Positions 48,208 through 61,177 of a stretch of 64,000 nt of DNA are shown piece after piece. The DNA lies in the NCBI RefSeq assembly GCF_018977255.1, contig NW_024704761.1, forward strand, positions 8,060,001-8,124,000. The letters run 5' to 3'. Position numbers and translations under genes: made by a program. The stretch's first letter is position 1. Every line of letters begins with the position of its first letter. Under the pieces are notes generated by a model. It ran no database searches, had not been told where the DNA came from, and worked only from the letters and a program-made list of their open reading frames with translations. The DNA comes from Callorhinchus milii (lineage: Eukaryota).

Positions 48208-50199
48208 TGGGACCATCTTGAGGAGGTATGAAGTATTTCAGCATCCGACCAACAATAGTCCCTGAAAATTTATTATGCAGTCAAATGGACGTCTCAAAGC
48301 CATTCACAGAATATACTGTAAAGTGAATTGACTGTATATTTTATGGGTGAAATGTTTAAAAGGAGCGGGATAAATATTGTTAAAAATGTTGACTGTGCTC
48401 CCAACATTAAAAGACTAATAGTCTACCTGTGCTTGCAGAGAATTTGCCTCAGCCCACCATGCGAAACATCTTCCATTGCTGGAAGAGACATTTCATTGCT
48501 TGTAGCAGTGCGAACCAAGCATTGGAAAACCAGTCTTGGTGAGATTGTTAGGATCTTCCTTCCCCTTCCTAGCAGAGGCGTGGATGAAAATAGCGCAGAT
48601 ACAATGCCTGTAAATCTGCCATCTGGGAGCTTGCAAAACAGTTTCTTATCTCACTCACCAAATGTTCTCTCTAAAAAGGTTTCGGTATGGATGCAGATAG
48701 TCAACACAAGGAGATTAAAAACAACAACATTATTCTATTTTTCATTGGTAATGGATGTTTTTATCACTTCTTTTCATGTTTTTTTTTTGGGGGGGGCTGT
48801 TTGTCTGGCAATGTGTCTAGGTGCCAAGTGGTCTAGCAAAGACCTTTTCTTCATTTAAGTGCCAGCCTTAACCTTTCAAAATTCACACTCGGAAGACTCC
48901 AGTTTTAAAATCTCTGAGCGGATGTCTGAATATTCTTGATAGCTTATCCCTGGAACCCAATTACAATGAAATTTGATTTAATTCAATGACATTTTCACTG
49001 TATCAGGAGTTGACTACCAGACAATCAGCAATCGTTTGACCAAGTACTTGGAACTTTTATTGAATTGCAGTCAATAGATCAATTCAAAATTATTGCCGTT
49101 CTCAGTGTTGATTCGGACTGGGATTTAAAGACTTGTTAACCATCACCCTCCTGCTAAGAATGTGCCACATTCAGTTTCTGCAAGTTTAAGTTGGTTCTGA
49201 AATAGATTACATCAGTTAACTTCACATATAGGATTGGGATCCTGAAACAGATGACTACTTGTGGTGCAGCCAAATGGCTAGGGCTGCATCAACAAGTTTA
49301 ATAACAAATACATTATTATATGCAGACAGAGAATTGTAGTTAGAAGCATCACTTTTCATTGAACCTCAACATACACTTGCATGGACTTGTGAAATAAAGG
49401 AAAATAGAATGAAAGCCTTGGAATATAGCTTGATGACAGTGGTTGTATTCCGTTTACTTACAAAGCAAACTTGGTCATTTATTCACTGCTAAAAAGAGTA
49501 TCCCTATGTCTAACGTTATGGTGAGGAGAGTGCATTGCTATGCTCAGGTAGCTGCGGACTTCTTGAACAGTCAACAGTTATATGGAGCTCATGTCAGCAC
49601 AAGTCTTCGTGGAGTGGAAAATGTCCATTTTTGTTTCTGAAGTAGATCAAAGCAATGTTATGTAAACTTTAGACCTTACCTGTCACTAAAATGACAAGAA
49701 ATCATTACCAATTAGTTTTTAAAAAAATGCTGAACAGCATTCCATTATTTTAATAATTTACACATGCTTGTTCCACCAATCTCTCTGGCCCCGTTTCAAA
49801 ACCACACTCTGGGCACTGGATGATGGATGTCAGATTTGAAAGGTAGTCTGACTGATGAGCAAGAGACGCATATTACAGTCTAAATTGCACAGAGATAATA
49901 TATAGACAGTGACATGGTTCATAGGACAGTCATTCGCTGTAACCAGGTCTTGTGTAGTATAATCTCACTGATGGTTTTTGAGGTTAATGAATGGGCTCAG
50001 GCTGTGAGGGAACACAAAAAAAGTTTAGCAAGTGATACCTCCCTCCTCCCTGCTTGGCATTTTCGCGGAAAAGTACGTCCTGTTCTCGGGGAAAATGCTT
50101 CTGAAACGAAAGAGATAAGTGTGCGACGTGAGTGCATGCAGGAATAACCAACGCATGAAAAAAATCACAGGAAATACAAAACATAATGATGCCCCCAGG

Positions 50200-50760
50200 T
50201 AAAGCCAGGACAATGTCTGGGAAGGGTTGAATGATCTTTCTTGACTAGTCATGCCCATGTCTGTAGATCTCCCCTCAAAATGGCATTGGGCAAAGTGCCA
50301 CACGAGAGATTCCTGTGCAAAATGATGTCAGTGGGTATCAAGGGTAAGTAAGATGCAGACTAACTTGTTGAGTACAGAGAAGGAAGCAGCAGGTAGTCCT
50401 AAGGTGAGCAAGGTCAGACTGGGGCTAGAGGGGTTAAAGAAGGGATTTGAATGAGTACTTCACGAACTTGTGCTGATCTCCTTCCTGTTCATTGTATCCC
50501 CCAACGGCCTGGATTTGCCTATTAAGTGCAAGGTAATTAATTACACTTGCAAATGATACCAAACTAGGAAAAAAGGGCAGGGGGAGTAAAACTACTCATG
50601 AAATCAGAGGAGGCAGCCAAGATCTCACAGAACGATTGATTCACCGAACCTTCATTGATAAATGAAGTTGATTACAGATAAATGCGAATACTGTGTCCGG
50701 AAAATAAAAATAAGAGGCATATGCTCTCCATGCATAGGATAGAACTTGCTAAGATTTAAA
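50200..50760 (+). mobile_element. Decayed CR1 RT fragment
   Basis: AAAATGGCATTGGGCAAAGTGCCACACGAGAG (KAFDKVPH-like), CTGTTCATTGTATCC, GCAAATGATACCAAACTAGGA (A(D)DTKLG). Confidence 0.7.
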
Positions 50761-50804
50761 GAGCTGGCTTCTAAATTAAGAGTTTTCCAAACTTCTCCTT
50801 GTGC

Positions 50805-51203
50805 TTAACATTCGCTCACAAATGCACGGGCACACCACTTCACAGTAAATCCTGTGAAGCACTTTGGGATGTCCTCCCGAAGTGAAAGGCACTGGCCCAA
50901 ATGCAAGGATTATTATTTATATAATATATTATTAATTAATATATTATTAATTAATATATTCTTTCTACTATTTAAAAGACAATGTTTTTTATGGTTAAGA
51001 CCATGTTAAGCAGTAGGCCTCAGAAAAATTAAGAGTCAAATGTGGCTTCAGTAACTCTTCGGATCAGAGAGCCTCCCACCATCAAGTTACGCCCACAAAA
51101 TATGCAGTCAATTCACTTTACAGAATATTCTGAGAAGCCCTTTGGGACGTCTCGAAGACATGATAAGGCGTATATCAAGTGCAAGAATTATTATTATTAT
51201 TAT
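50805..51203 (+). mobile_element. Two SINE 3' fragments (50805-50920, 51088-51203) with an AT-rich tandem duplication
   Basis: Both end in AA(A/G)TGCAAG(G/A)(ATT)n; ATATATTATTAATTA duplicated after the first tail. Confidence 0.8.
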
Positions 51204-52589
51204 GATAAGAATGGGGGAATATAGAAGTCTCAGTTGGTGGAATTAAACTCCAGCAAAAGTCAGCATCTTTGGGACAAGGAGAACAAAAGAGAGAACAAAG
51301 GGAAGCTAGGTTTCTTTCTGAATCCTATCAATCTTACAATACTTCTGAAAACAATACTTTTGAATAAAGCTCAGATAGCATTTAACATGTGACGACAAAA
51401 ATGCTTTTAACAGAGCGAGAAAGAGAACGTACATCAATGACTGCACAGAAATTTGGATTCATCTAAACCTTTTTTTTATATAAAAAAGCTGCTCTCACAA
51501 ATAGATTGATAATAGAACTCTGCAGAGAACAACTGTTACACATTATTCTTGAATGTCATGCCAATTTCATAAAAAAAAACTCCTTACACCAAGCTTTTAT
51601 CTCTTTAAAACATCCCCAGAGAGATGGAACAGTGCATTCGCAGACTAAATCGTCGAACCTTCTTGGTGGTGGAAGAAAACCTGTAAAAGTGGTGCAGTCA
51701 ACTTAATTGTACTGTTGCTTATTAAACGACAAAAATCACACGCCTTAAAATAACTTTCACCTGCTTTTATTACTTTTATGAAATGATTTAGTGCTATAAT
51801 TTTGAGCAGATTAAAAAAACGATGATATTCAATGGATAAGGACGAGGCAAAATATTAGATTATTCTTAAAGTAATTTAACATGAGTGCACTCGAACACAG
51901 TAAATGCCTGGTTTGACAACTTCTTCAGAATTTGACAGCATCAATGTAAGTTTTAATGCAGTAAACTTTAGTCACAGCCAGATAAACTGCATCATTTTAT
52001 TTGGTAAATGTGAGCAACTTGCAAAATGTTCTGGACATCTGTCAAATTACATCACAAGATGTCTTGTGTGCGTTCATTTTATTACCAAATAATCATCCAG
52101 TGCAAGCATTTTGAATTAAAATCACAAACTAAAAGGCTAAAAACATCACCCGTTTCTGATGCAACAAATTATGCATCAGAAAAGAGCAATTAAACATTTA
52201 TGTGCAGGTCCAAATTCACAGTGAAGCTTTAAGTTGCTCTTTGATTGCACTCAGGGACTGCAGAAGCTGTCCTGTTAAACAGGAGACGGTTAATAGTAAA
52301 TTAGCAATAAATCTATTAAAATAATCCCATACAGGCACAGAGGCAAGAACTTCTGCCTGCTCCTTGATGCACTTTATCATTTAAATTTTTAATATTACAC
52401 AATATGTAAAGATAATGTAGAAAAAAAGGCTTAATTTACATTGTACAGTTTGAGTTTGGTGAATCCCTGATGAAGAGGATGTTCTGCAATATTAGCTGGT
52501 TAGACTCCAGCGGTTATCCCAACGCACACTCTGGGCTCCCCAACCCGTAATAATAATGATGATGATAATAATAATTATTATTATACCTT

Positions 52590-52790
52590 TAAAAAATATT
52601 TTAAAAAAACATGTTCTCTCAATCCATGATTATTTGTGGGACATTGCTGTGTCCAATTGGCTACCATGTTTCGCCCACAAAATATACAGTCAATCCGCTT
52701 TACAGTATATCATGTGAAGTGCTTTGAGACATCCTGCCGGTGTGAAAGACGCTAAATCAAATGGTAAGGATTGTCATTATACTATAATTA
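52590..52790 (+). mobile_element. SINE family A 3' two-thirds
   Basis: TCAATCCATGATTATTTGTGGGACATTGCTGTGTCCAATTGGCTACC..GTGAAAGACGCTAAATCAAATG. Confidence 0.85.
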
Positions 52791-53559
52791 AATTTTCCGT
52801 GGAATTCAGTTGCCTAGATGCGTCGAGAGTAATTGTAGAATACAAAATCGAAACAGTGTCAATGGTATTCAAAGGTTCAATGCTATTGATTTATTCTCGT
52901 AAATAAAAACAGCATCTTTAAATAAATTGATCTGATCAAAAAAATTGTGACAATCAATTGCTTAAAAAGTAACACCATAGTGAGTTTGCCTTCAGATATT
53001 CATCTAGACCAGAATTAATGATTGAAAATTCAACACAAAAATCACAATAGTTACGTGCGGTCTACCCAATTCTGATTTTAATTCTGAATTAACCCCAAAT
53101 ACTCTTTCTTTGTGCTCATCCTATAGCACGGCTGGGTCATCACCATCTATCTCACAACAGAGTGACATCTATATCTGGCTGTAGGACAAAAAAGCTTGTC
53201 CAAATAAAATCTAAATGGGAAATTTTAAATGTTTCTCATCCCCGTAACAACTTGTAACAAGGACAAACGATCAAAGCTCCGGCAAACCAGACTCAATAAG
53301 TGACAGCTAGTTCTGAGCTTGAATTTCTGCATGCTAGAAGGACATGGGGTCTAGGTGGTGGCTGCTCAGTGAAGAGCTCCAGAGGCAAGAGAAGTGATCT
53401 AAAGCACCGCCTTGGTATTCTGTGCAGACATTGTCAGAGCATTATGAGATGCTCAGGTGCAATTGTGTCAGATATTCCTGGATTAACAGAGCATTAGCAC
53501 CATTAACTCTTCTACTATCGTAACCATCATAATCACATAAAGGATATAGAAGCCAGTCT

Positions 53560-54240
53560 GTGCACTGGATACAGTAGGTTGTGGCCTAGGGTAGAACCAC
53601 TCCATCTATTCGTTTGCATTGAATTGGACTACAGCATCAAAAGATGACTCTTTCTGCAGCCAACGTAGCAAGCTACAATATTGCAATCACTACTTGGTTA
53701 ATGTCAAGGCTTGTGAAATGCTGTTGTGAAGATGAATGACAGGATGTGCTTTCCTACAGATCTTGCACCAGCTTTTCCACTCACTTATCCCAGCCAAGAT
53801 CTGATAGGATCCAAAGTACGTGTAACTGAAGGGAGATTACAACCCTTATAATAGAAGCAGCGGGTGGGCAAGATCACAGTCAATCTTACTTGACAGAGTT
53901 ATTAACTTGGCATACTCAGCACTGATAACACACCATTTGTTTGCCCACTGTCCAATTCCGTTTATATCTGCCTGGAGTGATGTGTCACTGTTTGTCTTGC
54001 AGTTGGGGATTTAACCGCTGTGTGGAGGATATCATCATCAGCAGAAAATCCATCACTTCTGATGACCTTCATCAGGTCCTTGATGAAGATGACAAACAGA
54101 GTGGGGGCCAAGCACGTTTCCACAATGGATCCTTGCGCACGTTATGGAAGACGTTAACATAGGCCATTTATCCTGGTAAATAGTTGTATTCAATGAGGAC
54201 ATCCCATCAGCGGTTCAGCAGCTCATGAGATGTACGAGAA
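53560..54240 (-). mobile_element. Decayed non-LTR retrotransposon RT fragment
   Basis: Minus strand reads GNVLGP(fs)TLFVIFIKDL..FSADD, the RT core G(S)VLGPxLFxIFINDL..FADD. Confidence 0.7.
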
Positions 54241-55419
54241 GACAACAGGTTCTCAATGAACCTGCGCTACAATGGGTTTAAAAACCTGGCCATGTTGATG
54301 GATATTCCTTCAACTTTACACAGTTACTGGCCATTCACATCCCTAACGCTTTTAAGTTTTCTTTCTCTCGGCAAATATTCTAGCCCTGCCATTGAATGCG
54401 TGCTCCAATTTTTAAACCTCCCGTGTGGAGTGCTCTGAATTTATGCATTTATGTGTATTGAGTTTAATTTGCCAGCGATCGCAGCCCAGATGCACACCCT
54501 ATCCAGCTCCCTATGCAAGCTCCTGGCTGCCTCTTCCGATTCCACACTCAGCTCTCCCACGCTTGGGAATCAGATATAAAACGACAGTGGGTTGCGTGCA
54601 ATGTAAAAACAATGATCGGTGTGGTCGAAAGAATCCGAATTTAGTGCTCGCTTAGATTTGCAGGCTGTGAACGCAGACCGGGGATTGATTTCAAGCAGTG
54701 CTCTGCTCGGAATTTAAATACGCGCAGGTTTTTTTTTTGCCTGTAATCATCTGCAAAGGAACATTACACATGATTAAAACTGTTGTGAAAGTAATATAAT
54801 TAAGATGGAGCAGCTTTTCATCCTTTTGACAGCATGATAAATTAAAAGACTGCGCGTCTCTACAGCAGCACACTCAAAATTCCGAAATTATAACTGGGTT
54901 ATGTGTTTAATAAGGATACACATATGGAGCCAGATTTTCTGAGGTATGAAGGATTGTGCTGCTCTTGCTAAATAGCCTTAAGGAACAATCTATGATTTTC
55001 AATGGTCGATATAATTCACTGTTAATATATAATTGATAATCAGTGGTGTCCAGTGTACACAAAAATTACAAGTTCATCCATATAAATATTGGTACCATTT
55101 TCTTAGTGCCTGTTTGCCGAAATTCCTTCCAAAATTGCTCAATTAGGTTACAAACAAGGCCGAAACATTCTCCAGAATACTGATTGTCAGCCTGAGTCGA
55201 GATGCAGAGTTTTAGGCTTCCTCAGAATCTTGTTTATTGTTCTTAGAGAGAACTTTTCTTCTCAACTCGAAGGTAAATGGAAAATATTGTTTTCTTTCTT
55301 CAGTCTCCCTTTGGCAGATACCATTTCGCACAAAAAGAGGGGGAGCTAAAGGGCTCTGTGATGCTACCACACATAAAGGAGATGAAATAAATGCAAGTTG
55401 TTGGTTGCAGCTACTGATT

Positions 55420-55630
55420 ATGGATGAAACTCAGCAGCCAACTGTGCAGAGCAGGGTCCCACAAGCAGTCATGGATTGAGTGACCAAATTATTTTTTTGA
55501 AGGGATTATTTCCCTCGGAAAGCAATCTGCCAATCGACTAACAACCAGGGTTCCGACTTAGTGCTAGACACACAGAGGAGTGTGGAGCAAGGAAATTTGC
55601 CCAGTGTTTTTCCCTGCCCGGGAATAATCC
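55420..55630 (-). mobile_element. SINE family A long form, internal part
   Basis: GCAGCCAACTGTGCAGAGCAGGGTCCCACAA..GGAAAGCAATCTGCCAATCGACTAACAACC..CCCTGCCCGGGAAT. Confidence 0.82.
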
Positions 55631-55847
55631 ATGCAACTAGACACATGCAACTAGAGCAGAACACTGGATTCCAGGTGTGGTCCATACTGTCAAAAATTAC
55701 ATATAAGCACATTTATATTTTATTTGTAAGGGACCATTGCAGGACAAGTCTCTAACATGCCCATTGCTTCTTTGTTTTTTTTAATAAAGCCTGTTTGTTG
55801 GCAGACCACAAAGTAAGATTTGATATCAGACTTCTGGCATCAAGCCT

Positions 55848-56030
55848 ACAACAACAACAAGATTCCATTTATTGAGCGCCTTTCACGTCGGGAGTACGTC
55901 CCAAGGCGCTGTACAGTCAGGTCAGGACCCGAGCAAGGGGGAAATGGTCAGGGTGAGCGGAGGGAAAAGAGGGAGCGAAGAGGGGGTAGAGAGTCGAGAG
56001 GGGAGTTGAAGGCACGGTCAAAGCCTAGGT
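55848..56030 (-). mobile_element. L2 type-2-like tail
   Basis: (AAC)n..GCGCCTTTCACGTCGGGAGTACGTCCCAAGGCGCTGTACAGTCAGG..GAAGGCACGGTCAAAG. Confidence 0.78.
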
Positions 56031-56394
56031 TGTGTGTGTTATTTTTAAAAAAGAGGATATTGTAATTCCATTTTTTTTAATAAGATTCACGTACAACCTT
56101 CACAATGTTTTCATTATTACATAAGTATATCAGTCTGCATTTCTCACCTAGCTCTCCAAGAGTGTCTGGTGAAATTAGACCACTATGGTAATCTCTTTTA
56201 AGAGGACACATAAACACTGCACCATTTCATCCACATCACAGCTGGATTGACTGAACACAGTAGCAAGTGATGCGTTGACATAGAAATGCCATGTTCCATT
56301 CCTCTGATTTCTTGCAAGTTTGTAAACATAACATCAGTTTAATAAAATCTCCATAAGAGAATGGCTTTTACTCAAGTTATGTACAACACTCAAA

Positions 56395-56650
56395 CACGTG
56401 CATTCCATTCCACCATTGGTCACTGCCCTTTCAGCCCCTCCTCCACAAAACTCTTGAACACTCTTCCTCTATCCCTCCTCCTTGTCCCTTCCTTCCACAT
56501 CCTCAGATCACACCTGAAGACCTTCCTCTTCAACTGTGCCTACGGTCATCTCCCCCCAGCTCGGCGTCATGCTCTGCCATTGTGAAGTGCTACGGGATGC
56601 TACCCTGCTTGAGGGGCGCTTTATAAATACAAGTTGTTGCTGTTCTTGTT
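56395..56650 (+). mobile_element. L2 type-1 3' end
   Basis: STIGHCPFS..KLLNTLPLSLLL..LRSHLKTFLF; tail ATAAATACAAGTTGTTGCTGTTCTTGTT. Confidence 0.88.
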
Positions 56651-56932
56651 GGAGCCCTGTAGCTCAGTGGTTAGAGCACTCGCTTTGCAAGCGAGCGACC
56701 TGGGTTCGATTCCCGGCAGGGTGAAACCTTGGGCAAGTTTCCTTACTCCACACGCCTGATAATAATCCCTCAAAAAAATAATAAATTGGTCATTTCAATC
56801 CACGAATGTTTGTGGGACGCTGCTGCGCGCAATTGGCTGCCACATTTCACACACAAATATACAGTCAATTCACTTTACAGTCTATTCTGTGAAGCGCTTT
56901 GAGACATTACTATATCAAATGCAATGATTATT
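56651..56932 (+). mobile_element. Full-length SINE family A with well-preserved tRNA-Ala(TGC)-like head
   Basis: GGAGCCCTGTAGCTCAGTGGTTAGAGCACTCGCTTTGCAAGCGAGCGACCTGGGTTCGATTCCCGGCAGGG; small deletion in the tail. Confidence 0.95.
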
Positions 56933-57190
56933 AATAATAATAATAATCCTTGCATTTGATATAGCGCTTTTCACTTCGGGAGGACGTCCCAAAGCGCTTC
57001 ACAGAACATACTGCAAAGTGAATTGACTGTATATTTGTGGGCGAACGCGGCAGCCAATTGCGCACAGCAATGTCCCACAAACAGTCGTAGATTGAAAATG
57101 ACCAATTAATTATTGTTTTTGGTTTTTGAAGGGTTTATTATTAGGCGTGTGGAGTAAGGAAACTTGCCCAAGGTTTCGCCCTGCCTGGAA
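56933..57190 (-). mobile_element. SINE family A, 5'-truncated, tail-to-tail with the previous copy
   Basis: (AAT)n CCTTGCATTTGATATAGCGCTTTTCAC..AAGGTTTCGCCCTGCCTGGAAT; very similar to 14191-14460. Confidence 0.95.
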
Positions 57191-58709
57191 TTATTATTAT
57201 TGTTGTAGTAGTAGTAGTAATCTCCTCGTCTCTGCTAATGACAATAGACAATTGTGCCAAAACAGCAGCTCAGGTTTGAACTAAAATACACTCCAGCACA
57301 CACGTTAATGGCATTTCCAGCAGGTGTCAGAAAAGAGCACTTATCCTTCTGATTTCCTCATCTTGTCTCAGCACACCGGGGCTAGTAGGAGTTACCTGCC
57401 ACCTGCCACTGCCTCCAAGTGATTTTAGCCAAGTCAATACAGCCCAAGATTTGAATCTGGAATCTCACCAGGTCTTTCAGCTCAGTATATTGCCACTGAG
57501 CCAGGCACCATTCAAGTCAATGTCACCTAAGTTCTCCGGTTTTGGTGCTTTAAATCTTGTGGGTAACTTGTTTTTTTTTAAAAACACAGCACATCAACAA
57601 TACCAAAAAAATTGCCTTTACTGCAAAAGGGTCTTTTTTTCATTAATGTTTCTTTTTTTCAAAACAAACTATTTGAATTTTGGATGAGTTGAATCCAAAT
57701 AATTTCAAAGATAATATTTTATCTACTACAGAGGTTTGTCAGAACATAAAAGGAACATAAATTGAGTTGACATCACGGTAACAGAAAGTCCACATCTCAT
57801 GTTTTGGCTGCCTTGTCCTGTTCTCTCTTGTTGCCACTAAATCTTCAATCGCCTCGAACCCACGAAGGGTTAAGCAGGCAAGGTCGGTTCATGAGAAGCA
57901 ACTAATCTCAACACAAATCAGAATGCCATCCCTGCACCTGGCTGCAGCGAAGCAAGCAGTCACTTGAGACACCTGGCACAACAAGGCAAAGAAGGAGATC
58001 GAGGAGCCCGAATGATTAAGTGGAGGGCATGAAAAGTTTTCCAATCATTCCAACATTGTGTCTGTAACTGAGAAGGACATCTGGCTTCATGGTGCAATTT
58101 ACACATCCCTTTACTTCATCCGTCTCCTGAAAAAACGCTCCCATATTGGCAAAATTCTATTATTGCACATTAGGCACACTGAGTGTCTGTTTATAACAGA
58201 CATACTCATTTCCCTTTCATAAGTAGTTTTCAGTCCAACACCAAACGCTTAGTATTCATTTTATTGCCTCTCTCCTGTAAATTAATGGAATGTTTGTGTT
58301 GTATGCTATGTTTACTAAGGGATCAGCAAGGCGGGCAGACTTCATCTATGGAGCTAGAAAATTTATACATTGCATAAATAAATATATTGTCGTTTATTTT
58401 CTTATGGAATGCAATTCTCTCACATAACTATTTTGCAGAATCCACAATTATTTAAAACTAAGAGGTCAGAGGACCATTGTCACATAAAACAAAGAGTGAA
58501 TTTCCTCTGTCGCACATCTGGTCTAAACTCTACATGTTTCAGAGAACCTTTGCAAAACTCCTAAATTACCCCAACCCCATTTAAGGTCTTCCCACCATAT
58601 AAACGTCTACTTGGTTATGCCTGGTGTTATCACTCAAGTTAGTCATTGGATGGCAAACAGGACGCGACGTGTCAGTCATCTTTCTCTTTCCCATGTCGGA
58701 AAGTCTCTC

Positions 58710-58955
58710 AATGTTGCCGTGCATTTGGCACAAAAACAGCAGGACAAGAGGACACAGGTTTAGGGTTGCAGAAGGCAATTTCGAGTGACAGACACCAGGA
58801 AATATTTTTAGTCCCAAAGGGTGAATAATGACTGGAACACATTACCAGAAAGGTAAGCTCAATGCTGTATTGGGAGGACAGTAAGGGGAGTATTGGTGAA
58901 GGGTGAGATCAAACGGGCCAATTGGCTTTCTGCATCCAAACCGATCTTGTAATAA
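58710..58955 (+). mobile_element. CR1-like LINE 3' end
   Basis: AGGACAAGAGGACACAGGTTTAGG (RTRGHRFR)..AGGAAATATTTTT..GACTGGAACACATTACC (WNTLP). Confidence 0.75.
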
Positions 58956-60054
58956 TACAGCACAACGAGAAAATTATACAGCCCACAAATCTGCATCATC
59001 CCACTATCCCTGACAGTACCAATACACCATGGCACTACATTGACAATGGTTTAATTTGCTTTTTATGAATGACAACATATTTTACCTTTTGTGACATTAA
59101 ATCCAGAGGTACAGTTTCAGAACAATGCAATTTTGTGCAATGCAATTTCTGCTGCAGGACTTTTATCTTCCTGATAAAATAAATGCCATTACTTATCCCA
59201 TCTCTAGATCTGCCATTGGCGTCTTTGCCTCCATTGCTGCAACATTTCATCTCCCGGTCTGTCATAGCTGAATCTACTTCCATTACTGTAGTACCTTGTC
59301 TCCAGGTATGCAGTGATGTTCACTGCCTCTGTTCCTACAGCACCTAATCTCATGGTCTACCATGGCTGTCTCAGCCCTCATTACTGCAGCAACTCATCTC
59401 CAGTTCTTAACAGTCAGATCGCTGGTAAACACTATTAATTAGGAATGTGCCCAAGGCAAATCTAGCTAGTCCAAAAAGCCATGAATACAAAAGATACATC
59501 ATGTCCAACAGCTCTGCTGTTCCCTCACATGACAGTAAACAACCCACAAATACTAGAAACCTCTGCGCAAAATAACATCAAGGAGCTTCACTGCTGAGAA
59601 ATGACATCAGACTAATCCCACGCGAAAATAAATCCATGTAATGGAAAATGATGACAGGGCTGACATCTGAAATTTGGATGATTTAGAGAATCCTGAACAT
59701 TCAAGAAAATTGCAGGTGATGTGCAACAAGTTTTGGATTTCTTTTTATCTACACTGTTTATTTATTTTTTGGCCGGCCGCAAATGTCTGACACATGTAGA
59801 AGGCCATCGCCATGCTTTAGAGTATCCCAATTAGACTGAATTCCACATATACATGCCAATTCCTTATCTGGAAAGGTATGCCTACTTTCTTCCCAGAGGG
59901 ATGCATGCTCTTTACCTAACCCTGAAACATTTATGCACAGATTGGTGAGAACCAAGGCTTGGGGACTGTTGGAGTTTAACCAACTAAAACTACATGCAGT
60001 AGTTTCCTGTTCCAAGTACTGCCTGGCGAACCTTCCATTGCTTATCCAGTTTGG

Positions 60055-60260
60055 ACCATCCTATCCTTCAAGGCACGCCTCAAGACCCTCCTCTTCAACC
60101 GTGCCTTCAGCCACCCTCCTACCTTCTCTGCCCTCCACCCTCCCTGATCCCAAAGCCCCACCCGCCCCCACCACTTGGGTCCTGATCCCTGACTGTAAAA
60201 CGCCTTGGGACATCCTACCGACATGAAAGGTGCTTTGCAAATGTAATTTTGTATTGTTTT
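60055..60260 (+). mobile_element. L2 type-2 3' end
   Basis: CCTTCAAGGCACGCCTCAAGACCCTCCTCTTCAACCGTGCCTTC..CCTTGGGACATCCTACCGACATGAAAGGTGCT. Confidence 0.87.
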
Positions 60261-60744
60261 GAGTGTGTAGTTTGCTGACTTAACAGAAGTAGGGTGGGAA
60301 GAAATCATGCCTCCATTATTTTCTATTCTGCAAGAACACAACGCCAGACAAGCAGTGTCAAGAATAATACCTGCAAAATTGACTGGCTTTTTAAAGGAAA
60401 TATATTGGCCAGATTCAGTGCGTGTCCAATCTACATCAAAGAATCAGCCACCGGACAAAGGAGATAACTTGGCTTAACATTGCCAGCATTCAACTAGAAC
60501 CATCTCCTCTTATCCCACTTTCCTCAAGCAGTTTTACATCTTTATTCTGCACTTTAGACTTAATCTAATTCTCTTTTAAATGGTGGCACTAATTTGGATT
60601 CAATAGCAATACATAGCACATCCTAATCGCCCTTTGTGTGAATAAAAAACGGAACCTTCGACTTTTGCAATAACCTTAGACGCTCATTCAGCAGTCAGTG
60701 GAAGTATCGTACATGCCTAGCAAGCACTGATCCATCTTAAGCAC

Positions 60745-61075
60745 CCAACAATCCCCCAAATAAAATTGATGGTTCACTTAATAGCTGTGTTGGACATCGC
60801 TGTGCGCAAAAATTGGCTGCGGCATTCGCCCAGAGAATACACATTCACTACAATTCTCAGTAAAATCCTGGGCAGCACTTTAACACGTCTCGTCAACATG
60901 ATCAGGTATTTTGTAGATGATCTAAAGAGGGCGTTGGCTGTTAACCATTAGCATTCCAGAGGTATGCATATCGGATAGAACCCTATAGCACTCTGACCTA
61001 AAGGAAATATAATAATACAATAATAATCCTTGCATTTTATATAATGCCTTACCATGTCTTCGAGATGTCTCAAAG
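60745..61075. mobile_element. Older DeuSINE 3' part (+, 60745-60910) and SINE family A tail (-, 61005-61075)
   Basis: GGACATCGCTGTGCGCAAAAATTGGCTGCGGC; AATAATCCTTGCATTTTATATAATGCCTTA. Confidence 0.7.
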
Positions 61076-61177
61076 GGAATTGATAGCATACTGTGTGGCC
61101 AAAACGTGGCACATTGAAGCATAAGAATGGTAGAAGAGGAGGTGTGTTCAGAACTTTACCCAAGGTGAATTTCAAAT

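Noticed and set aside
48328-48858. Longest ORF (176 aa)
   Set aside because: Starts at a TTG inside a SINE fragment, has no recognisable homology and shows random-like composition.
56651-56725. tRNA-Ala(TGC) gene (also 2801, 14440-14515, 61420-61484)
   Set aside because: Each tRNA-like head continues into the same SINE body and (ATT)n tail, and the acceptor stem is incomplete; these are SINE heads.
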